Origin: Candidatus Latescibacterota bacterium
GTDB lineage: Bacteria > Latescibacterota > UBA2968 > UBA8231
Direction: 5' to 3'
Length of the DNA: 64,000 bases
Assembly: GCA_965242865.1 (NCBI GenBank)
Contig: CBDETK010000013.1
Span: 3,296,001 to 3,360,000, forward strand
Shown here: positions 57,336-64,000 of the stretch, in pieces
How the letters are laid out: every line of letters starts with the position of its first letter
How positions within the stretch are numbered: the stretch's first letter is position 1
Position numbers and translations under genes: made by a program
The notes under the pieces: model-generated
The model's database searches: none
What the model saw: only the letters and a program-made list of their open reading frames with translations
Told to the model about the DNA's origin: nothing

Positions 57336-58265
57336 CTAAGGTATATCTTCGGCGTGTTCTGCAACATAGCGCTCGATGTCCTCCCCGCTCATTGCGCCGG
57401 TAAAGGTTCCGCCCGGCGGCATGTAGTAGAAGGCCTCGGCGTAGTCTAAGGCATAAGACGCGCCGATGCGCTGGTACTCTTGCAAGCCGAAGAGGCGGAT
57501 GTACTGGCGGTCGGCTTCCTCGTCGTCGTCGCCCAAGGCCGGCAGGTACTGGCCCTGACGCGCCAGCCGCGCCTTGAGGCGGCGACCGTGAGCACCGGCC
57601 GGTCCTTGGGCCTTATTGGCGCTCAGCGCGGCCACCTTTTCCTCCAGATAGGGCGCGATGTCAACGACCGTGTTGTAGGGCTGTCCGGGGCGGCAGGTCC
57701 AGTAGTAGAGGTCTTGCACCGAGTGGGGCTGCAGGCCGCAGGCGAGTTGTTCGGGGTAGTCCTTGTCCATGCCGGCCATCCAGCGCGCGGCTTCGACGGC
57801 TTGGCCGGTAACGTAGTGATCTGGGTTTTCCTCCCAGTGGCCCCAAGGACTGAAGGTCGTAATGGTGTCGATTTTGAGGGCGCGAATCAGAAAGACTAGG
57901 CGGGCGCGGAGCTCGGTGGGCGCGGCTTCGTCGAGGAAGTGATTGCGGTAGCCGAGGTGGATGACCTGTTTGAAGCCCAACGCCTCGGCTAGCACTTCGA
58001 CTTCGCGCTCGTTTTGGCGGATGGTTTCGCCCATCGTCCCCGGGCCGCACTTCTCGTCGTTGGTGGTCTGGATCAAGTAGGCGGTGTAGCCTTCGGCGAT
58101 GAGCTTGGCGACGAGGCCGGCGCAGAAGAAGGGAATATCATCCGCATGGGCTTGGACAGCAGCCAGCACTTTGCCTCGGTGGGGTCGGCTTGCGGCGTGT
58201 TTTTCTACGGTTACTGCACCGACGGGGGTGTACCAAGGAATGCGCGGATCGGGACTAGCGGCCAT
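57336..58265 (-). CDS. PIG-L/LmbE family deacetylase
   Basis: AHADD, NPDH motifs. Confidence 0.85.
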   Translation of the reverse strand: MAASPDPRIPWYTPVGAVTVEKHAASRPHRGKVLAAVQAHADDIPFFCAGLVAKLIAEGYTAYLIQTTNDEKCGPGTMGETIRQNEREVEVLAEALGFKQVIHLGYRNHFLDEAAPTELRARLVFLIRALKIDTITTFSPWGHWEENPDHYVTGQAVEAARWMAGMDKDYPEQLACGLQPHSVQDLYYWTCRPGQPYNTVVDIAPYLEEKVAALSANKAQGPAGAHGRRLKARLARQGQYLPALGDDDEEADRQYIRLFGLQEYQRIGASYALDYAEAFYYMPPGGTFTGAMSGEDIERYVAEHAEDIP

Positions 58266-58445
58266 GGTCGTTTCCTTTATGTCGTAAGGACGGCTATCTC
58301 TATAAACATATAAAGATCGGGAGCTTAATGCGCTACGCTAAGTACGGCATTTTCTGGTGTTGCCGCTGCGTCCGGGATCGAGGGCAAGATGCCCTCGATC
58401 CCAGGAACCCGGGCAGGCGGGGGCTGATGTCGTATAGCGAGCAGC

Positions 58446-59975
58446 CTACGAAAGGGCGTTGCGGTCGAGGGCGCGGTATTGGATGGCCTCGGCCAAGTGC
58501 CGCGGCTGGATGGTGCTGTCGTCGGCTAAGTCCGCGATGGTGCGGGCGACTTTGAGGATGCGGTCGTAGGCCCGGGCCGAGAGCCCGAGGCGGGCCATGG
58601 CTTTTTCGAGCAGGGACTGCCCGGCCGCGTCGAGCGAGCAGTGGCGGCGGATGTGCCGCGGACCCATCTGGGCGTTGCAAAATAGCTCGCCGGCAAAGCG
58701 GTCGAGTTGCCGCCGGCGGGCGCCGTTGACGCGCTGGCGGATGTGCGCTGAGTTTTCGCTGTCTTGCTCGTTGGCCAAGTCGTCGTAGGCCAGAGTCGGC
58801 ACTTCGATGTGGATGTCGATGCGGTCGAGGAGCGGCCCGGAAACGCGGGCGCGATAGCGGCGGATTGCGGCCGGCGAGCAGGTACAAGGGTGGCGGGCGT
58901 CCGCCAAGTAGCCGCAGGGGCAGGGATTCATCGCCGCGACCAGGGTAAAGTCCGCGGGATAGGCGAGCGCGATTTGCGCCCGCGTGATGGTGACGGCGTG
59001 GTCTTCGAGCGGCTGGCGCAGGGCCTCGACGACGTTGCGGCGGAACTCGGGCAACTCGTCTAGGAAGAGCACGCCGTGATGGGACAGCGACACCTCGCCC
59101 GGGCGGGGGTACGCTCCGCCGCCGATGAGGCCGGCGTCCGAGATGGTGTGGTGCGGGGCGCGGAAGGGCCGCGTCGCGACGAGGGCTTGGCCGGCGGGAA
59201 GAATCCCGGCGACCGAGTGGATCTTGGTGGTGTCGAGCGCCTCTTGTAGGGTCGGCGCCGGGAGGATCGTGGGCAGGCGGCGAGCGAGCATGGTCTTGCC
59301 CGATCCCGGCGGCCCGACCATGAGCAAATTGTGCCCCCCGCTGGCGGCGACTTCAAGGGCACGCTTGGCGTGGTCTTGGCCGCGCACTTCCGCAAAGTCA
59401 ACCCCGTAGTTGGCGTTGCTGCTAAACACTTCCTCCACATTCAATTCGTAGGGTCGCTGGCGGGCGTCGCCGGCCAAAATGGCGAGGGCCTCGTTTAGCG
59501 AGCTAACGCCATAGACCAGCGGCCCATTGGCAATGGCGGCCTCGCGGGCGTTTTGCGTCGGCACGATCATGCCGTACAGCCCCTGCTGGTGCAGGGAGGT
59601 GGCCATGGGAAGCATGCCGTGTACCGGGCGCACGCTGCCGTTGAGCGACAGCTCGCCCAAGAGCGCGAACTTGGCGAGGCACACGGGCTTGACCTGCTGA
59701 GAGGCCGCCAAGACGCCGACGGCTATGGGCAGGTCGAACGCCGAGCCTTCCTTTTTGCGGTCGGCTGGCGCGAGGTTGATGGTGATCTTGCGGCGCGGCC
59801 ACTGATAGCCGGCGTTTTTGATGGCCGCCAAGACGCGCTCCTTGCTTTCGCGGACTGCGGAGTCGGGCAGGCCGACGACCGTGAAGGTCGGCAAGCTGCG
59901 GTCGGTATCGACTTCGACGTGGACCGGGTACGCGTCAATTCCGAGCGTAGCGGCCGAGAGGACAGTAGAAGGCAT
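58446..59975 (-). CDS. comM: YifB/ComM Mg-chelatase-like AAA ATPase
   Basis: VGLPD, INLAPAD..KEG, GPPGSGKTM, RPFRAPHH, LFLDE, NPCPCG, SGPLLDRID. Confidence 0.92.
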   Translation of the reverse strand: MPSTVLSAATLGIDAYPVHVEVDTDRSLPTFTVVGLPDSAVRESKERVLAAIKNAGYQWPRRKITINLAPADRKKEGSAFDLPIAVGVLAASQQVKPVCLAKFALLGELSLNGSVRPVHGMLPMATSLHQQGLYGMIVPTQNAREAAIANGPLVYGVSSLNEALAILAGDARQRPYELNVEEVFSSNANYGVDFAEVRGQDHAKRALEVAASGGHNLLMVGPPGSGKTMLARRLPTILPAPTLQEALDTTKIHSVAGILPAGQALVATRPFRAPHHTISDAGLIGGGAYPRPGEVSLSHHGVLFLDELPEFRRNVVEALRQPLEDHAVTITRAQIALAYPADFTLVAAMNPCPCGYLADARHPCTCSPAAIRRYRARVSGPLLDRIDIHIEVPTLAYDDLANEQDSENSAHIRQRVNGARRRQLDRFAGELFCNAQMGPRHIRRHCSLDAAGQSLLEKAMARLGLSARAYDRILKVARTIADLADDSTIQPRHLAEAIQYRALDRNALS

Positions 59976-60094
59976 GCGGTTCCTTTCGTTGAGATAGGCA
60001 AGATCAAACAAGAACCGTGCCAGCGGGGACGCGCTCTAAGGGCGGTAGGAATGTTGGGCTGTAGAATGGGGATTAGGCGATACGGCGTTGGCAC

Positions 60095-60910
60095 CTAAAG
60101 GGTACAGCCGTGCGCCTGCTGCCAAGCCGCGTAAAACTCCGCCATGGAGCGGTAGCGCGCGGCGCGTTGCGTACGACAGGCGCGGCGCACCACCTCCCCG
60201 ATCGCACCGCCGATGTCGTGGCCGAGGAAGGCGATTGCGGCGCGGCCCATGGCAAAGACGGTGGTGCGCTCGTCGATTTGTGCGCCGCGCTCAAATTCCT
60301 CTGGACTCATAAAGCGCGTCGAGCCAAACATCCGCCCCATCCGGTTGGTGAACGCCCCCAAGCGATACATGTCGAGATCGACGATGTGCGCGACGTGGCG
60401 CTCAAAATCGTACATCAGGCAGCCATCGTAGAAATCCACGGCAATCCACCCGCGCCGAGCGAGTTGGACATGCAAATCGTAGATCGCGTCGAGCACCGCG
60501 AGAATGGCGGCGCTGGGCAGGCGGCGAAACCGCTGATGGGCCGATTGGGGGTCGTCGCGTCCGCCGTATAGGCACTCGCCAGCGACCCAGTCGTACACGA
60601 GCGCCGGGCCGTGCGCGGTTTCGACGATGCCATGCAGGGCTGGTAAGGTGGGATGGTCGCAGCTTTGCCGGAGCCGCGCCGCGTTGTACAGGAGGGCCAC
60701 GCGGGTCAGGTGGTCGCTAAAGCTCTCGGCCTCGGGATCGGTGGTTTTGACGAAGAACCGCTCGGCGCCAACCTGCACGCCATAAGAGACATTGCCGGAG
60801 TCTTGGGTGAGTGGGCCAAAAACGGCGAAGATGGTGCCGATTGCCGCGAGATACGGCCCGGGCGGCCCGTCAATGCGCTCGAGGTCGCGCAGGGGGTGGG
60901 CGGTGCTCAT
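60095..60910 (-). CDS. Ser/Thr protein kinase-like protein
   Basis: FFVK, AVDFYDG, VDLD, GSTRFMSPEE, VFAMG. Confidence 0.75.
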   Translation of the reverse strand: MSTAHPLRDLERIDGPPGPYLAAIGTIFAVFGPLTQDSGNVSYGVQVGAERFFVKTTDPEAESFSDHLTRVALLYNAARLRQSCDHPTLPALHGIVETAHGPALVYDWVAGECLYGGRDDPQSAHQRFRRLPSAAILAVLDAIYDLHVQLARRGWIAVDFYDGCLMYDFERHVAHIVDLDMYRLGAFTNRMGRMFGSTRFMSPEEFERGAQIDERTTVFAMGRAAIAFLGHDIGGAIGEVVRRACRTQRAARYRSMAEFYAAWQQAHGCTL

Positions 60911-60913
60911 GCT

Positions 60914-62524
60914 TTAGCTGTCGAGCAGCCGGAGCGCGAGGCGTTTGGCTTCGTCCAAACTTTCGACGAAGCGGTCTGCGGGGACGTCGTCTAGGATGCC
61001 GAGGGCGCGTAGGGTGTGGGCCACCGAACCGGACAAGCCCATGATCACGCATTCCGTGTTTTCGTCCGCGGCCGTTTCGAGCAGGCGTTCGACGACCATG
61101 GCGGTGCTGTCGTCTATGTGCTTGGTGGCCGAGAAGTCGAAGATCACGGCCTCGTGCTCTCGGATGTCCTCGCCGATGACGCGCACCAACTCGGTTGAAG
61201 AGGCAACAGAAAATCGGCCCCGCAGGGCAACTAGGCCGACGCGCGCCGAGTAGGGGTCGGACGCCTGCGCGGGGATGAGCGTCTGATCGAGGAACGGCAC
61301 CGAGACCACGCTGTCCAGTTCGAGGGACTTTGACCGTTGCGAGCTGGCCATGCCAGCGGCGATCAGCCCAATCGCCACGGCCGTGACGATATCCACGAAT
61401 ACGGTGAGCCCAAGCGTCAGAAACATTACGACCAGATGATCGCGCGGGATTTGGCGGACACGCTTGAGGAAGCGCCAGTCGATGATGTCCCAACCGACCT
61501 TCATCAGGATGCCGGCGAGCACGGCATGGGGAATCTGCTCGGTGAGCCCGCTCAACCCCAACCCCAGCCCCAGCAGGAGAAGCGAGCACAACGTGCCAGA
61601 CACCCGCGTTCGCCCGCCCGCCCGCACATTCACCACCGTACAAGTCGTCGTCCCCGACCCGGGCAGCCCGCCCAAGAGACCTGCCATGATGTTGCCGGCC
61701 CCTTGCCCGACCAGTTCGCGGTTGGGCTTGTGGCTCGTCCGCGTGATCGAATCGGCCACCAGCGAGGTCAGCAGGCTGTCGATGGAGCCGATCAGCGCGA
61801 TAATGAAGGCCGGTTCGAGGACGCCGAGCAGGAAAGAGGGGGACAGCACCGGCCAGTTCAGGCTCGGCAGGCCCGCCGGCATCGGGCCGAGCACGGGGAC
61901 ATCGTCCAACCACGCTAGACTGATGAGCGTACCCGCCGCTAGGGCCGCCAGCGTCGGCGGGCACAGTTTGCCTAGCCGGTGGGGCCAGTAAAAGGCCACG
62001 GCTAGGGTCAGCAGGACGCAGAGGATCGCGTCTGCGTTGACCGTTGCGGCAGGCCAAGCGAGGATCGCCTCTACCAAGCCTCCCGGCGGGGTTTTGGTCC
62101 CGCAAATGGCCAGCACTTGCAGCAGGATTATGATAACGCCAATACCCGACCTGAACCCGGAGACTACCGAGTACGGGGTGTACTCCACAAAGCTGCCGAT
62201 TCGCAGGACGCCCAGCGCGATTTGCAAGAGGCCGCCGAGCATGACGATGGTGAGAGCTTGGGCGAGGCTGTCTGCGTACCCGGCCACGATGACGACCATG
62301 GCCACGGTCATCGGGCCGGTGGGGCCGGATATTTGCGCTGGGGTCCCGCCGAATATCGTCGCGAAGAAGCAAACCGCGATCGCACTATAAAGACCCGCTA
62401 GCGGCCCCATGCCGGACGCCACGCCAAAGGCCAATGCTTTCGGCAACAGCACGACCGCGGCCGTGAGGCCGCCGAAAGCATCGTTGCGGAAGGTGCGGAG
62501 ACCGTAGGGGGTGCGCTCGCTCAA
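60914..62524 (-). CDS. SulP family anion transporter with STAS domain
   Basis: ALAFGVASG, GGTPAQISGPTG, IDSLLT, DFS...IDDS. TTG start overlaps the uxuA stop. Confidence 0.92.
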   Translation of the reverse strand: MSERTPYGLRTFRNDAFGGLTAAVVLLPKALAFGVASGMGPLAGLYSAIAVCFFATIFGGTPAQISGPTGPMTVAMVVIVAGYADSLAQALTIVMLGGLLQIALGVLRIGSFVEYTPYSVVSGFRSGIGVIIILLQVLAICGTKTPPGGLVEAILAWPAATVNADAILCVLLTLAVAFYWPHRLGKLCPPTLAALAAGTLISLAWLDDVPVLGPMPAGLPSLNWPVLSPSFLLGVLEPAFIIALIGSIDSLLTSLVADSITRTSHKPNRELVGQGAGNIMAGLLGGLPGSGTTTCTVVNVRAGGRTRVSGTLCSLLLLGLGLGLSGLTEQIPHAVLAGILMKVGWDIIDWRFLKRVRQIPRDHLVVMFLTLGLTVFVDIVTAVAIGLIAAGMASSQRSKSLELDSVVSVPFLDQTLIPAQASDPYSARVGLVALRGRFSVASSTELVRVIGEDIREHEAVIFDFSATKHIDDSTAMVVERLLETAADENTECVIMGLSGSVAHTLRALGILDDVPADRFVESLDEAKRLALRLLDS

Positions 62525-63507
62525 TTCTCGTCCATCACCGCTTGGATCATGGCTTGGATATAGCCGAACTCGTAGGCAAACGCTTGGCGCATGCTGTGGG
62601 GGTCTTTGTGCCCGGGCGCGTGGTCCGGGACGCACATGTGCTGATAGCCCACTTCCTTGAGGGCCTGCATGTTGCGGTGCATGTTCATCACCCCCTCGTC
62701 GGGCCAGACCTCTTGGAACTTGTTGCGCTTGCCGACGATGTTGCGAAAATGGCAGAGGAAAATTTTGTCGCGCTTGCCTAAGTAGCGGATGATTTCGGGC
62801 ACCTCGTTGAGCGGGTCTTCGACGCTTTCGGCCATGCAGCCCAAGCAAAGATTGACGCCGTGGTAGGGGCTGGGGCAGATCTCGATAAACTGCTTGAAGC
62901 CGTCAAAGCCACCCATCACGCGATCGACGCCCTTAAAGCCGGGCGGCAGCCAAGGGTCGCAGGGATGGCAGGCCATGCGAACCTTGCACTCGGTGGCCAC
63001 CGGGATGACCCGTTCTAGGAAGTACGTGATGCGCCGCCAGTTTTCCTCGGCGGTGACAGGTTCGTCGTAGCGAGGCGTATCCGCGTCGGCCTTTTCGAGG
63101 TCCCAAGTGCTGAAGATGGACCCGCCGCGCCCGGGGGGCGTGCTTGCGGTGCGCTGGTTTTCGAGGGCGCAGAGGTAGTATTTGACGGCTGGGATGCCGG
63201 CTTCGGCCGCCTGCCGCACCATGTTGATGACCAGCTCAATCTCCTTATCGCCCTCTTCGTAGTTGCCCATCATAAAGTTGGGGACGCCTTCGCCGCTGAC
63301 GTTGAACTGGGCCATGGGCAGGGCGACCATCTCCAAGTTGATGCCGAAGCGAGCGCACTTCTCCTTCTTGGCGACTAACTCTTCGACATCCCAACCGTAT
63401 TCCCGGTGGAACGCGATGAAGTTTTCGTTCTTGTTGAAGACTCCGTGCCGCGCCAGATATTCGAGGTCTTCGTCCGATGTGTTAAACTGCTGAGTGCCGA
63501 CGTGCAT
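62521..63507 (-). CDS. uxuA: mannonate dehydratase family protein
   Basis: FLERVIPVA, HPCDP, LCLGC, HFRN, PDHAP. Confidence 0.8.
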   Translation of the reverse strand: MHVGTQQFNTSDEDLEYLARHGVFNKNENFIAFHREYGWDVEELVAKKEKCARFGINLEMVALPMAQFNVSGEGVPNFMMGNYEEGDKEIELVINMVRQAAEAGIPAVKYYLCALENQRTASTPPGRGGSIFSTWDLEKADADTPRYDEPVTAEENWRRITYFLERVIPVATECKVRMACHPCDPWLPPGFKGVDRVMGGFDGFKQFIEICPSPYHGVNLCLGCMAESVEDPLNEVPEIIRYLGKRDKIFLCHFRNIVGKRNKFQEVWPDEGVMNMHRNMQALKEVGYQHMCVPDHAPGHKDPHSMRQAFAYEFGYIQAMIQAVMDEN

Positions 63508-63851
63508 GAGAAGCTCCTTGGTGAGGGGGAAGCAAAAAGCGCAAATCTTATTTTATCCAATTGGACTCCTTTTTGCAATCTCACCACAGAGGAGGCACGG
63601 CATGGCCCAACCATTGGGCGCGGCCTACAAACAGACCGCGGGGCAGTGGTTGGCGGAGGGCGAGCGATGCCGGAGGGGTTGCGGAAGGCGGTGGGGTTAG
63701 ATGCGGAAGGTATGACTTGACACATCGTAGGAGCTGAGTACATTCTTCACGTAGCACGAGTTGGCACAGCCAAAAACACTCAGATATAGAAGATACATGG
63801 ATGAGCAGCTATACTATCTACGCATTACGGACCTCGACGAGATGAGGAAAA

Positions 63852-64000
63852 ATGGTTAGCATCCGAGTGGAAGATGAACTGCCGAATGCAGTAGTTGACT
63901 TCCTTAAACATTGCTATCGGTTTGTTAACGAGGAGTGGCAGCACACAGATCGCGACAACCTGCCTGATCAGGGATTTGAACGTAATTTCCGGGCCGGTTG
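63852..64000 (+). CDS. start of an AT-rich hypothetical protein, runs off window end
   Basis: GAGG RBS, ATG, open frame MVSIRVEDELPNAVVDFLKH... to the window end. Confidence 0.4.
   Translation, partial: MVSIRVEDELPNAVVDFLKHCYRFVNEEWQHTDRDNLPDQGFERNFRAG

Overview
GC-rich bacterial chromosomal window with AT-richer accessory islands. Gene content (DUF6785-like membrane protein, class I LysRS, internalin-like LRR lipoproteins, FlgD-Ig/T9SS-like fragment, sulfatase, sulfotransferases, arylsulfotransferases, Uma2) suggests an FCB-group, possibly sponge-associated Latescibacterota-like organism; this is inference only. Housekeeping genes: mnmA, ahcY, comEC, yhbY, lysS class I, infA, comM/yifB, uxuA, SulP. 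The most notable feature is a bacterial microcompartment operon (29.9-38.6 kb). It encodes an acylating aldehyde dehydrogenase, a vertex protein, PduL, shell genes with 1, 2, 2 and 4 BMC domains, a Cys-rich accessory protein, and a DHDPS-family Schiff-base enzyme as probable signature enzyme. A DAO/ThiO-like oxidase and a second DHDPS-like enzyme follow. Other notable loci: a three-TIR island without ThsA, a KGGVGR ParA-like plus P-loop NTPase pair, an R-M locus ending in an attC-like site and broken by IS5, a GPP34-P450 fusion with two Stf3-like sulfotransferases, an E2 lacking its catalytic His, IS982 and MITE insertions with exact target duplications, and a duplicated LRR/Uma2 mosaic. All family calls come from motif recognition by eye; no searches were run.
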